Positions 15,056-28,908 of a stretch of DNA of 64,000 nucleotides are shown here, piece after piece. The stretch's first letter is position 1; every line of letters begins with the position of its first letter. This DNA comes from the human T2T-CHM13v2.0 reference genome, Homo sapiens, in assembly GCF_009914755.1 (NCBI RefSeq), contig NC_060929.1; one strand, written 5' to 3'. The notes under the pieces were generated by a model. It was not told where the DNA came from and made no database searches. It was given only the letters and a program-made list of their open reading frames with translations. The position numbers were made by a program, and so were the translations under genes.

Positions 15056-17459
15056 AATGCTATAAAATTCCTAAAGTTTTGTGCAAATGTTTTGTATAGT
15101 TTTTCCTGTTTAAGAGGAGCTGTATTATTTCAAGTATAAAACTAGCCAACATGCAAAAAATCTAATTGGATTTCAGATCCCACATTACAATGTTTCCTTC
15201 TACAGGGTTTGCTACATTCTCCGGCCTGGTTAGATCCTCTTTTATTTCTCTACATCATGGTCTTTTCACTAGAAATAATACAGTATCTTTGACTTTGCTA
15301 GTACCTTCCATTCTTCCCACTGAAAATTGATGTCTGTTAAGTCCCTTTAAAATGTGTTACAAAACCATCTTCAGGAGGCCTTTTCTGGCTAAACCTATCC
15401 TAGTTTGATTACTTTCTAATGTAAATCTTCAGCTTATATGTATTAAATTCATAAGATATTACTTTATGGTTGTTGTCATATTGTTTTATAATTCTTTGCA
15501 AATTATTTTCTGTTGAAGCATCCTTTTGTGTCTGGAGAATAAATTCTCAGATTATAGAGGATAGGTCTTTGCTATTTTTGTTACCTGCAAAACAACCTGA
15601 AGAGTGAATCTATACAAATTTCATGATGCTAAAAATAGATAGTATCAGATAAACCAAGAATCTTGTGAATTGAAACTGAGCAGAGATATTTGGGTAAATT
15701 TCTGACTCCTAGTTGCTGGTTGTGTTAACTCTCTGCTGATGTCTGCTCAACTGTGTTGGTTATATCCAGGCTATTGTAATACTGCAGGTTTGGAGGAAAA
15801 TGTGTCTTTGCTATCTGTTCCTCAGTTTTAATCATGGACTGGTTTTCAGTAACAGAAATGCTAGGAAGTTGTCCCAACTTCAGATTTCATAATGGCTTGC
15901 TGACTACCCTCTTGGGCCCTAACTGATGCTTTTCTATTGCTTCTCTACATTCGATAATATTTGGTAATTGGGTTTGCATTACTCTGAATTGTTTTTATGT
16001 CTTCTGGTGTCAGTTATAAAATCATAAGAGTTGTAAAACTGGAGTATATGGGGAATTCAGTGTGAACAATTAATTACATTCTCTTAGAAAGATTTTAATG
16101 CACAAGATAGAAATTAGTTCATTTTTTACATATTTAGACAGCTTTCTGTTCCAGTAGGTTATTTTGTCACTGATGTGTAGCATTTGATAAAGAGTCAGAA
16201 TTAGCTGGAAAGTTTTGAGCAGGGAATTAATATGACTGAGTGGTTGTCCTTTCCAGGAGAATGTTTTTGAAAGGGAAATTCAAGGAACAACAACTGCTTT
16301 ATTCAAACGAATAATTTGAGGAAAAACTTGGGGGTAGAGAAGGAAGCAACCTAATAGACAATTTCTTATTTCTACTCTGAGTAAGGTTTTCCTCCATATC
16401 CAACCAGATGTAGCAGTGTGTGTGTCTGGTGGCTTTGCTGTTGCTGTGGCAAGCTGCTGCTGGTGAGGGAGAGAACTGGGGTGATGTCATCCCTTCCCTC
16501 ATCCCAACCTAGATGCTTGACATGAAACAGCTCTTGGGATGAGATTTTTGCAGCAACTCTATCAACCCATGGCACATTTTTTTATGCTCTCCTCATGTCT
16601 TGCTGTTAACTAAGCAGGAAGATAAACCTGAGCCAGTGGGAATTAGAAATATATCCTTTGCTAGTGACAGAGGAGGCAAAGATGAACTAGGCTCAAGTAA
16701 TCTGAAATAGCTATCATTTTTTGTTTGCTTTTATTCTTTTTTTTTCTTTATCTTAAGTAGTGGTATGGCTATGCCTGGCTTCCACGTTTTTAAATCCTAG
16801 TAGAACCAACAAAATTTTTCTTCATAGTTTATGGTGTCTTTCCTATAAGACCCGGGAGCACTATATGCAGAACAATTTCTAAATAGAATGCTTGTAAGCA
16901 AGTTAGAAATGACTAGAGTTCATCTCCTATGGTCTTTTTTGTGGTGAATGTGCGGGTGCTCTCAGAGAATAGAGAAATGTAGAAGCATCTGATTCACATT
17001 CATTTCACTCCAGCCAAACTCCAGTCTTACCACATATACAGATCTGTTGCCACATGGTATTTGCTTAATGCTAAATAGAAATCTTGCTAAACTTTAAACA
17101 TGTGCGTGTAGCCTGATGACCCTAGGCCCACAGGAATCTTACACAATTCATCCTGGACTTGTTGGAAAAGAAGCTTCTCTGTAGCAATGGTGCAAAACCT
17201 GTAAGCCACCATTACAAAACAGGATGTAAACAATCCAGAGGCCTGGGCTCAGAATATTCTCTTTCTCCTCTTTTGACTTTAAATCTATTTCCTTTAGTTT
17301 CTGCTTAGTAAGAAGTGCTCATAGCTGAGTAATACAGACCACCCTTGCTAGACAATCCAATAAATTAATCTTTGTTTCAAATTGCTATTTGGCAGTCATT
17401 AACACGGGATAAGAGTAATTGGTCAACTAGATGGCAGAGACAGAATTCTGGATGCAGAA

Positions 17460-17600
17460 AGGGTATTTGACTTCATTTCTCACTGTTGAAGTAATTGTAC
17501 TTATTTCTGTGTATTGCTGTGAAGTCCAAATAAGTTATTAAAAGTAAAGTGCTTGGGACAGGGCCTGGCAAATGGGAAGTTTAGCAATTATTATTAATTC
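17460..17600 (+). mobile_element. MIR fragment
   Basis: aaataagttattaaaagtaaagtgcttgggacagggcctggcaaatgggaagtttagcaattattatt. Confidence 0.6.
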
Positions 17601-17885
17601 TAAATATATTCTATTGGGAATATTAGTGTCATTTTTTTAGTGCCTGAGAACAAATTTGAACTACACTTGACAAATACATAGGCTTTTGAAAACCACTAAC
17701 TATGGGTTAAGAAACTTTAGTCTGTATGTAGGCTTTTATATCCTTTTCCATCGAAATTGAAACAAATAACAGTTTAAGCCCAAAATACTTGAATAAGGGG
17801 TCCACATATTAGCTACTTTAAGCAATTTCAGTTAGGGAGAAGATTTATGAAAAATGCTAAGCTCTCAGGACCCTAAATTAGGAGA

Positions 17886-17912
17886 GTGTGTGTGTGTGTG
17901 TGTGTGTGTGTG
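17886..17912. repeat. (GT)13 microsatellite
   Basis: Uninterrupted GT run. Confidence 0.95.
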
Positions 17913-17967
17913 CCTTAAAAATTAAAGACAGAATTCTCTATTTCTAAAAAGGCCTAGTAAATTTTTA

Positions 17968-18435
<468 letters not shown>

Positions 18436-19987
18436 CTAACTGAAACGGCTGGGGGAGCAAATCACAGTGTTAGAAAATATCACAATGCCCTTCTCTTTGG
18501 TAAAGTTGTACTTCTTGGCTCCCCTGCTCCCATGCTCCTGTTGAGTGCAATCCTCTTTCCTCCTCCACAGCACACTGGTCCCTGCTTTGTTGAAGCATGC
18601 ATATTTCATAGAAGCACTACTACTAGAAGCTCTGGGTAAATGACCCTGATATGAAGTAATATTTATCTTCAGCATTCACGTATACATCCATAGCATGTGG
18701 TTTGGTAGAAAATTTGTCTAATAAGACTATGCTTTATAATTTCAGTGCTATGTGAATTTTATTTTCTATTGTATTTATTTTTATTATATATTGACAAGTT
18801 ATAGTTGTATATATCTTTGAGGTACAAAGTGATGATGTGATTTTTTTTGTGGAATGATTAAATCAAGCTAATTAACATATCCATCACCTCAAATATTTAA
18901 CAGTTTTTTAACAGTTATTTAACAGTTTAACAGGTTCCTTGCACATTTCTTTATCTAGTTATTTCTTTTCTTTACAGTTGTTTGAGTTGCTTATGTATTT
19001 TGGATATTAATTCCTTATCAAATGTATGGCTTGCAAATATTTTCTCTCAATTTGTAGGTTATCTCTTGATGCTGTTGTTTCCTCTGTTGTGCAGAAGTTT
19101 CTTATTTTGTTGTAATCTCATTTACCTAGTTTTGCTTTTGTTGCCTATATTTTTGGGGTCAACTATAAAACATTATTTCACAGACCAATGTTGTATAGTT
19201 TCTTCCCTGCTTTCTCTAGTATTTTTATAGTTTCAAGTCTTATATTTAAGTCTTTAATCCATTTTGAGTTGATTTTGTATATGGTGAGATCAGGGTCCAA
19301 TTTTATTCTTTTTTTATATGAATATCCAGTTTTCCCAATACCATTTAATAAGGAGATTATTTGTTTCTCATTGAATATCCTTATCACCTTCGTTGAAAAT
19401 CAATTGACCATAGATATGTGTTCATTTCTGAGGCTCACTATTCTGTTCCATTGGTTGATGGAACTATTTTTATGCCGATACCATGCTGTTTTAATTACTG
19501 TTGCTTTGTAGTACAGTTTGAAATCAAGTAGTGTGATGCTTCCAGCTTTGTTCTTTTCAGCCAATGCTTGCCTTTGCTATTTTTTTTTTTGAGGTCCATA
19601 GACATGTTAGAATTTTTGTCTATATCCATGAAAAATGACATTGAAATTTTTACAGAAATTACATTGAATCCATAGATAACTTTGGATAGTATGAATATTT
19701 TAACAATATTAATTCTTTCTATCCATGAACGTGGGATATCTTTCTATTTATTTGTGTCTTCAATTTTTTTCATTAATGTTTTGTAGTTTTTAGCTTACAG
19801 GTATTTTACCTCTTTGGATAAATTTATTCCTAAGCATTTTTTTTTTTTTTTTTTTTTTAGTAATTGTAAATGAGATTGTTCTCTTGATTTTGTTTTTGGA
19901 AAGTTCACGTTAATATAGAGAAATGCTAATAATTTTTGTGTGTTGATTTTGTATCCTGCAACTTTACTAAACTTGCTTTATCAGGTC

Positions 19988-22357
19988 TGTATTAGTCTGT
20001 TCTCACATTGCTATAAAGAACTACCTGAGACTGGGTAATTTATGAAGAAAAGCAGTTTAATTGGCTCAGTATTCTCCAGGCTGTACATGAAACATGGCTG
20101 GAGAGGCCTAAGGAAACTTAGAATCATGGCAAAAGGCAAAAGGGAAGCTGACACATCCTACATGTCTGGAACAGGAGGAAGAAAGCAAAGGGGGAAGTGC
20201 CACACACTTTTAAACAACCAGATCTTATGAGAACTCACTTGCATTATGAGAGCAGCAAGGGAAAAGTCCACCCCCATGATCTAATCACCTCCCAACAAAC
20301 CCCTCCTCCAACATTGAGGATTACAATTTGACATGAGATTTGGCTGGGGACACAGAGCCAAATCATATTATCCTGCCCCTGGCCCCTCCCAAATCTCATG
20401 TCCTTCTTACATTTCCAAGCCTAATTATGCCTTTCCAACAGTCCCCCAAAGTCTTAACTCATTCCATTATTAACCCAAAAGTCCAAGTCCAAAGTCTCAT
20501 CTGAAACAAGGCAAGTCTCTTCCACCTATAAGGCTGTACAATCAAAAGCAAGTTAGTTATTTCCAAGATACAATGGGGGTACAGGCATTGGGTAAATACA
20601 CCCATTATAAGAGGGAGAAATCAGCCGAAACAAAGGGGCTACAGGCCCCATGCAAGTCCAAGCAGGGCAGTCATTAAATCTTAAAGCTCCAAAATCATCT
20701 CCTTTGACTTCCTGTCTCACATCCGGCCACACTGATGCAAGGGGTGGGCTCGAAGGGCCTTGGACAGCTCCTCCCCTGTGGCCCTGCAGTGTACAGCCCC
20801 TGTAGCTGCTTTCATGGACTGTCACTGCGTGCCTGTGGCTTTTCCAGGAGCATGGTGCAAGCTGTTGGTGGATCTACCATTCGGGGATCTGGAGGACAGT
20901 GGCCCTCTTTTCATAGCTCCGCTAGGCATTGCTCCAGTGGGGACTCTATGTGGGCGCTTCAACCCCATGTTTCCTCTCCCCCTGCCCTAGTAGAGGTTCT
21001 CCATGAGGACACTACCCCTGCAGCAGATTTCTGCCTGGACATCCGGACATTTCCATACGACCTCTGAAATCTAGGTGGAGGATCCCAAGCCTCAACTCTT
21101 GCCCTTTATGCACTTGCAGGCTTAATACCACGTGGAAGCCCTTGTCGCTTACAGCTCGCACCCTCTGGAGCAGTGGCCTGAGATGTATCTGGGGTCCTTT
21201 TAGCACAGCTGGAGCTGGAGCAGCTGGGACACAGGGCGCCATGTCCTGAGGCTGCAAAGAACAGCAGGGCACTGGGCCTGCTCACAAAACTATTTTTCCC
21301 TCCTAGACTTCCAGGTCTATAATAGGAGGGGCTGCACAAAGGTCTCTGTAACACCTTGGAGGTATTTTCCCCATTGCAATGGCTGTTAACATTTGCTTCG
21401 TCTTTACTTATGCAAATTTCTGCAGCATTCCTGAATTCCTCCCCGAGAAAATGGGTTTTTCTTTTCTACCACATAGGCAGGCTGCAAATTTTCCATTTAT
21501 GCTCTGCTTCCCTTTTAAATATAAGTTCCACTTTCAGGTCATTTCTTTGTTTATGCAGATAAGCATAGGCTTTTAGAAGCAACCAGGTCAGTTCTTGAAT
21601 GCTTTGCTGCTTAGAAATTTCTTTTGCCAGATACCCTAAATCATCTCTCTCAAGTTCAAAGTTCTACGGATCCCTAGAGCAGGGGCACAATGCCACCAGT
21701 CTCTTTGCTAAAGCATAGCAAGAAGGACCTTTATTCCAGTTCCCAATAAATTTCTTATCTGCATCTGAGACCACCTTAGCCTGGACTTCATTTACAATAT
21801 CACTATTGGCATTTTTGTCACAACAAGTTAACAAGGTCCAGAATGTTCCAAACTGTCCCTTATCTTCCTATCTTCTTCTGAGTCCAAACTGTTCCAATCC
21901 CTGCCCCTTACCCACTTCCAAAGTCACTTCCACATTTTCAGATCTCTTTATAGCAATGCCCCACTTCTCCAGTACCAATTTTCTGTATTAGTCCATTCCC
22001 ACATGGCTATAAAGAACTACCTGAGACTGTGTGATGTATAAAGAGAAGCAGTTCAACTGGCTTAAGGTTCCACAGGCTGTACAGGAAGCATGCCTTAGGA
22101 AACTTAAATCATGGCGGAAGGTGAAGGGGAAGCTGGCACATCCTACATGGCTGGAGCAGGAGGAAGAGAGCAAAGGGGGAAGTCTTACACACTTTTAAAC
22201 ATCCAAATATTATGAGAACTCACTCACTATCGTAAGAACAACAAGGCATAAGTCTGCCCCCATGATCCAGTCACCTCCCACCAAGCCCCTCCTCCAAGAT
22301 TGAGGATTACAATTCCACATGAAATTTCGACAGGGACACAGAGACAAATCATATACA
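19988..22357 (-). mobile_element. Complete MSTA MaLR provirus: 3' LTR 19988-20370, internal 20371-21983, 5' LTR 21984-22357
   Basis: Two homologous LTRs starting tgtattagtc... and ending ...aatcatat(ta/aca). Polypurine tract complement tcctgcccctggcccctccc at 20371. MST-int sequence of about 1.6 kb lies between them. Confidence 0.92.
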
Positions 22358-22667
22358 GTCTTAACAGTTTTCTTTTGTGAAATATTTAGGATTTTCAATA
22401 CATAACATCATGTCATCAACAAACAGGAATAGTTTCACTTCCTTTCATATTTGAATGCCATTTATTTATTTATAGTATACTTTAAGTTCTGGGGTACATG
22501 TGCAGAATGTGCAGGTTTGTAACATAGGTATACACGTACCATGGTGGTTTGCTGCACCCATCAACCTGTCATCTACATTAGGTATTTCTCCTAATGCTAT
22601 CCCTCCCCTAGTCCCCCACCCCCCAGTTTGTGATGTTCCCCTCCCTGTGTCCATGTGTTCTCATTAT

Positions 22668-25600
22668 TCAACTCCCATTTATGAGTGAGAACATGTGGTG
22701 TTTGGTTTTCTGTTCTTCTGTTAGTTTGCTGAGAATGAGGTTTCTAGCTTCATCCATATCCTTGAAAAAGACATGAAGTCACCCTTTTTTATGGCTGCAT
22801 AGTATGCCATGGTGTATATGAGCCACATTATATTTATCCAGTCTATCATTAATGGGCATTTGGGTTGGTTCCAAGTCTTTGCTATTGTGAACAGTGCCAC
22901 AATAAACATACGTGTGCTTAAGTCTTTATAGTAGAATGATTTATAATCCTTTGGGTATATACCCAGTAATAGGATTGCTGGGTCAAATGGTATTTCTAGT
23001 TCTAGATCCTTGAGGAATTTCCACACTGTCTTCCACAATGGTTGAACTAATTTACATTCCCACCAACAGTGTAAAAGCGTTCCTATTTCTCCACATCTTC
23101 TCCAGCATCTGTTGTTTCCTGACTTTTTAATGATCACCATTCTAACTGGCGAGAGATGGTATCTCAAAGTGATTTTGATTTGCATTTCTCTAATGACAAG
23201 TGATGATGAGCTTTTTGTCATATGTTTTTGGCCACATAAACGTCTTCTTTTGAGATGTGTCTGTTCATATCCTTTGCCCACTTTTTGATGGGGTTGTTTG
23301 TTTATTTCTTGTAAATTTGTTTAAGTTCTTTGTATATTCTGGATATTAGCCCTTTGTCAGATGGACAGATTACAAAAATTTTCTCCCATTCTGTAGGTTT
23401 CCTGTTCACTCTGATGATAGTTTCTTTTGCTGTGCAGAAGCTCTTTAGTTTAATTAGATCCCATTTGTCAATTTTGGCTTTTGTTGCCATTGCTTTTGGT
23501 GTTTTAATCATGAAGTCTTTACCCATGCCTATGTCTTGAATGCTATTGCCTAGGTTTTCTTCTAGGGTTTTTATGGTTTTAGGTCTTACATTTAAGTCTT
23601 TAATCCATCTTGAGTTAATTTTTGTATAAGGTGTAAGGAAGGGGTCCAATTTCAGCTTTCTGCATATGGCTATCCAGTTTTCCGAAGACCATTCATGAAA
23701 TAGGGAATCCTTTCCCCATAGCTCGTTTTTGTCAGGTTTGTCAAAGATCAGATGGTTGTAGACGTGTGGTGTTATTTTGCAGGCCTCTGTTCTGTTCCAT
23801 TGGTCTATATATCTGTTTTGGTACCAGTACCATGCTGTTTTGGTTACTGTAGCCTTGTAGTATAGTTTGAAGTCAGGTAGTATGATGCCTCCAGCTTTGT
23901 TCTTTTTGCTTCGGCTTTTCTTGGCTATGTGGGCTCTTTTTTGGTTCCATATAAAATTTAAAGTAGTCTTTTCCAATTCTGTGAAGAAAGTCAATGGTAG
24001 CTTGATGTGGATAGCATTGAATCTATAAATTACTTTGGGCAGTACGGCCATTTTCATGATATTGATTCTTCCTATCCATGAGCATGGAATGTTTTTCCAT
24101 TTGTTTATGTCCTCTCTTATTTCGTTGAGTAGTGGTTTGTAGTTCTCCTTGAAGAGGTCCTTCACATCCCTTGTAAGTTGGATTCCTAGGTATTTTATTC
24201 TCTTTGTAGCAACTGTGAATGGGAGTTCACTCATGATTTGGATCTCTGTCTCTTGTCTATTATTGGTGTATAGGAATGCTTGTGATTTTTGCACATTGAT
24301 TTTGTATCCTGAGACTTTGCTGAAGTTGCTTATCAGCGTAAGGAGATTTGGGGCTGAGACAATGGGGTTTTCTAAATATACAATCATGTCATCTGCAAAC
24401 AAAGACAATTTGACTTTCTCTCTGCCTATTTGAATACGCTTTATTGCTTTCTCTTGCCTGATTGACCTGGCCAGGACTTCCAACGCTATGTTGAATAGGA
24501 GTGGTGAGAGAGGGCATCCTTGTCTTGTGCCGGTTTTCAAAGGGAGTGCTTCCTGGTTTTGCCCATTCAGTATAATATTGGCTCTGGGTTTGTTGTAAAT
24601 AGCTCTTATTATTTTGAGATACCTTCCATCGATACCTAGTTTTTGGGAGTTTTTAGCATAAAAGGCTGTTGAATTTTGTCGAAGGCCTTTTCTGCATCTA
24701 TTGAGATAATCCTGTGGTTTTTGTCATTGGTTCTGTTTATGTGATGGATTATGTTTATTGATTTGTGTATATTGAGCCAACCTTGCATCCCAGGGATGAA
24801 GCTGACTTGATTGTGGTGGATAAGCTATTTGATGTGCTGCTAGATTTGGTTTGCCAGTATTTTATTGAGGATTTTCACATCAATGTTCATCAGGGATATT
24901 GGCCTGAAATTTTCTGTTTTTGTTGTTTCTCTGCCAGGTTTTGGTATCAGGATGATACTGGCCTCATAAAATGTGTGAAGGAGGAGTCCCTCTTTTTCTG
25001 TTGCTTGGAATACTTTCTGAAGTACCAGCTCCTCCTCGTACCTCTGTTAGAATTTGGCTGTGAATCCGTCTGTTCCTAGACTTTTTTTGGTTGGTGGGCT
25101 ATTAATTGCTGTCTCAATTTCAGAACTTGTTATTGGTCTATTCAGGGATTCGACTTCTTCCTGGTTTAGTCTTGGGAGGGTATATGTTTTCAGGAATTTA
25201 TCTATTTCTTCTAGATTTTCTAGTTTATTTGCATGGAGGTGTTTATAGTATTGTCTGATGGTAGTTTGTATTTCTTTGGGATCAGTGGTGATATTCCCTT
25301 TATCATTTTTATAGTGTCTATTTGATTTTTCTCTCTTTTCTTGTTTATTAGTCTGGCTAGTGGTCTATCTATTTTGTTAATCTTTTCAAAAAACCAACTC
25401 CTGGCCTCACTGACTTTTTTTGAAGGGTTTTTCATGTCTCTATCTCCTTCAGTTTTGCTCTGATCTTGGTTATTTCTTGTCTTCTGTTTGCTTTTGAGTT
25501 TGTTTGGTTTTGCTTCTCTGGTTCTTTTAATTGTGATGTTAAGATGTTGATTTTAGATCTTTCCTGCTTTCCCTTATGTGCATTTAGTGCTGTAAATTTC

Positions 25601-26492
25601 CCTCTACACACTGCTTTAAATGTGTCCCAGAGATTCTGGTACATTGTGTCTTTGTTTTCAGTGGTTTCAAAGAACTTATTTATTTCTGACTTAATTTTAT
25701 TATTTACACAGTAGTCATTCAAGAGCAGGTTGTTCAGTTTTTATGTAATTGTGTGGTTTTGAGTGAGTTTCTGAATACTGAGTTCCAATTTGATTGCCTG
25801 GTGGTCTGAGAGACTGTTTCTTATGATTTTGTATTCTTTTGCATTTGCTGAGGCGTGTTTTACTTTCAACTATGTGGTCAATTTTAGAATCAGTGCAATG
25901 TGGTGCTGAGAAGAATGTATATTCTGTTGGTTTGGCATGGAGAGTTCTGTAGATGTCTATTAGGTTGGCTTGTTCCAGAGCTGAGTTCAAGTCCTGGATA
26001 TCTTTGTTAATTTTCTGTCTCCTTGATCTGTCTAATATTAACAGTGGGGTGTTAAAGTCTCCCACTATTATTGTGTGGGAGTCTAAGTCTCTTTGTAGGT
26101 CTTTTAGAAGTTGCTTTATGAATCTGGATGCTTCTGTATTGGTTGCATATATATTTAGGATAGTTAGCTTTTCTTGTTGCTTTGATCCCTTTACCATTAT
26201 GTAATGCCCTTCTTTGTCTCTTTTGATCTTTGTTGGTTTAAATTCTGTTTCATCAGAGACTAGGATTGTGACCCCTGCTCTTTTTTTGCCTTCCATGTTC
26301 TCAGTCAATATTCAGCCCTCCCTTTATTTTGAGCCTATGTGTGTCTTTGCACATGAGATGGGTCTCCTGAATACAGCACACAGATGGGTCTTGACTCTTC
26401 AACAAGTTTGCTCATCTGTGTCTTTTAATTGGGGCATCTAGCCCATTTACATTTAAGGTTAATATTGTTATGTGTGCATTTGATCCTGTCAT
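22668..26492 (-). pseudogene. L1 ORF2p (endonuclease / reverse transcriptase / C-terminal domain), broken by stops and frameshifts
   Basis: Endonuclease fragment 25715-26308 (IVGDFNTPL, SKIDH). RT fragment 23302-24540 ([24 protein letters not shown]). C-terminal fragment 22721-23281 ([18 protein letters not shown]). Confidence 0.95.
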
Positions 26493-26555
26493 TATGATGC
26501 TAGCTGGTTATTTTGCCTGTTAGTTGATGCAGTTTCTTCATAGTGTCTATGGTCT

Positions 26556-27581
26556 TTACAATTTGGCATGTTTGTGCAGTGGCTGGTACTGGCTGTTTCT
26601 TTCCATGTTTAGTGCTTCCTTCAGGAGCTCTTGTAAGGCAGGCCTGGTGGTGACAAAATCTCCCAGCATTTACTTGTCCATAAAGGATTTTATTTCTCCT
26701 TCACTTATGAAGCTTGGTTTGGCTGGATATGAAATTCTGGGTTGAAAATTCTTTTCTTTAAGAATGTTGAATATTGGCCCCTACTCTATTCTGGCTTGTA
26801 GGGTTTCTCCCGAGAGATCCACTGCTAATCTGATGGGCTTCCTTTTGTGGGTAACAAGACCTTTCTCTCTGACTGCCCTTAAAATTTTTTCCTTTATTTC
26901 AACCTTGATGAATCTGATGAGTATGTGTCTTGGGATTGCTCTTCTTGAAGAGTATCTTTGTGGTGTTCTCTGCATTTCCTGAATTTGAATGTTGGCCTGC
27001 CTTGCTAAGTTGGGGAAGTTCTCCTGGATAATATCCTGCAGAGTGTTTTCCAACTTGGTTCCATTCTCCCTGTCACTTTCAGGTACACCAATCAAACGTA
27101 GATTTGATCTTTTCACATAGAACCATATTTCTTGGAGGCTTTGTTCATTTCTTTTCACTCTTTTTTCTCTAATCTTATCTTCTCACTTTATTTCATTGAG
27201 TTGATCTTCAATCTCTGATAGCCTTTCTTCTGCTTGGTCAATTCGGCTATTGATACCTCTGCATACTTCATGAAGTTCTCGTGCTGTGTTTTTCAGCTTC
27301 ATCAGGTCATTTATGTTCTTCTCTACACTGGTTATTCTAGTTAGCAATACATCTAACCTTTTTTCTGAGGTTTTTAGCTTCCTTGCATTGGGTTAGAACA
27401 TGCTCCTTTAGCTCTGGGGAATTGTTATTACCCACCTTCTGAAGCCTACTTCTGTCAATTCATCAAACTCATTCTTTGTCCAGTTTTGTTCCCTTGCTGG
27501 AGAGGAGTTGTGATCCTTTGCGGGAGAGGAGGCGTTCTGGTTTTTGGAATTTTCAGCCTTTTTGCGCTGGTTTCTCCCCAT
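26556..27581 (-). pseudogene. L1 ORF1p (RNA-binding protein), disrupted
   Basis: ORF-track fragment 26781-27158 (KRNEQSLQEIW.YVKRSNLRLIGVPE...ENFPNLARQ...RYSSRR) is L1 ORF1p. No single open frame spans it. Confidence 0.9.
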
Positions 27582-28889
27582 CTTCATGGATTTGTCTACC
27601 TTTGATCTTTGATGTTGGTGACCTTTGGATGAGGTCTCTGATTGGAAGTCCTTTTTGTTGATGCTGATACTTTTCCTTCTGTTTGTTAGTTTTCCTTCTA
27701 ACAGTCAGGCCTCTCTGCTGCAGGTCTGCTGGAGTTTGCTGGAGGTGCACTCCAGACCCTGTTTGCCTGGGTATCACTAGCGGACGCTGCAAAACAACAA
27801 AGATTGCTGCCTGTTCCTTCCTCTGGAAGCTTTGTCCCAGAGGGGCACTCACTAGATGCCAGGCAGAGTTCTCCTGTATGAGGTGAGTGTCGGCCCCTAC
27901 TGAGAGGTGTTTCCCAGTCAGGATACACGGGGGTCAGGGACCCACTTGAGGAGGCAGTCTGTCCCTTATCATAGCTCGAACACTGTGCTAGGATGTCCAC
28001 TGCTCTCTTCAGAGCTGTCAGGCAGGAATATTTAAGTCTGCTGAAGCTGTGCCCACAGCCACCCCTTCCCCCAGATGCTTTGTCCCAGGGAGATGGGGCT
28101 TTTATCTATAAGTCCCTGACTGGGGCTGCTGCCTTTGTTTCAGAGATGCACTGCCCAGAGAGGAGGAGTATAGAGAGACAGTCTGAGCTACCTTGCTGAG
28201 CTGCAGTGGGCTCCGCCCAGTTCGAACTTCTTGGCGGCTTTGTTTACAATGTGAGGGTAAAACCGCCTACTCAAGCCTCAGCAATGGTGGATACCCTTCT
28301 CCCCACCAAGCTTGAGTGGCCCAGTTCAAGCTCAGACTGCTGTGCTGGCAGTGAGAATTTCAAGCCAGTGGATCTTAGCTTGCTGGGCCCCATAGGGGTG
28401 GGACCTGCCAAGCCAGACCACCTGGCTCCCTGGCTTCAGCCCTCTTTCCAGGGGAGTGAACGATTCTGTATCACTAGCATTCCAGATGCCACTGGGGCAT
28501 GAATAAAAATTCCTGCACCTAGTTCGGTGTCTGCCCAAATGGCCTCCTAGTTTTGTGCTTGAAACCCAGGGCCCTGGTGGCATAGGCACCGTAGGGAATC
28601 TCCTGGTCTGCTGGTTAGGAAGACCATGGAAAAAGCACAGTATCTGAGCCGGAGTGTACTGTTCCTCCCAGTACAGTCTCTCACAGCTTCCTTTGGGTAG
28701 GGGAGAGAATTCCCTGACCCCTTGCGCTTCTAGGGTAAGGTGATGCCCCACCCTGCTTCAGCTCACCTTCTGTGGGCTACACCCACTGTCCAACCAGTCC
28801 CATTGAGATGAACTGGGTACCTCAGTTTGAAATGCAGAAATCACCCGCCTTCTGCGTTGATCTTGCTGGGAGCTACAGACCGGAGCTGT

Positions 28890-28908
28890 TCCTATTCGGC
28901 CATCTTTT
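28890..28908 (-). promoter_or_regulatory. L1 5' UTR YY1-type motif (AAGATGGCCG)
   Basis: cggccatctt at 28897-28906, the known YY1 site position at L1PA 5' ends. Confidence 0.7.

Larger units (their letters stand above)
22465..28906 (-). mobile_element. Full-length LINE-1, L1PA7-like (~6.4 kb), inactivated
   Basis: 5' end AAGATGGCCGAATAGGAACAGCTCCGGTCT on the minus strand, ~1.3-kb 5' UTR, ORF1 start MGRNQRKKAENSKNQ, ORF2, L1PA 3' UTR. TSD-like TTGAATGCCATTTA (22451-22464) vs TTGGATGCCTTTTA (28907-28920). Confidence 0.95.

Noticed and set aside
23302-24540. 412-aa reverse transcriptase ORF as a novel RT system or active retroelement
   Set aside because: It is an ordinary L1 ORF2p fragment. 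The full ORF2 is broken into several frames and ORF1 is also disrupted.
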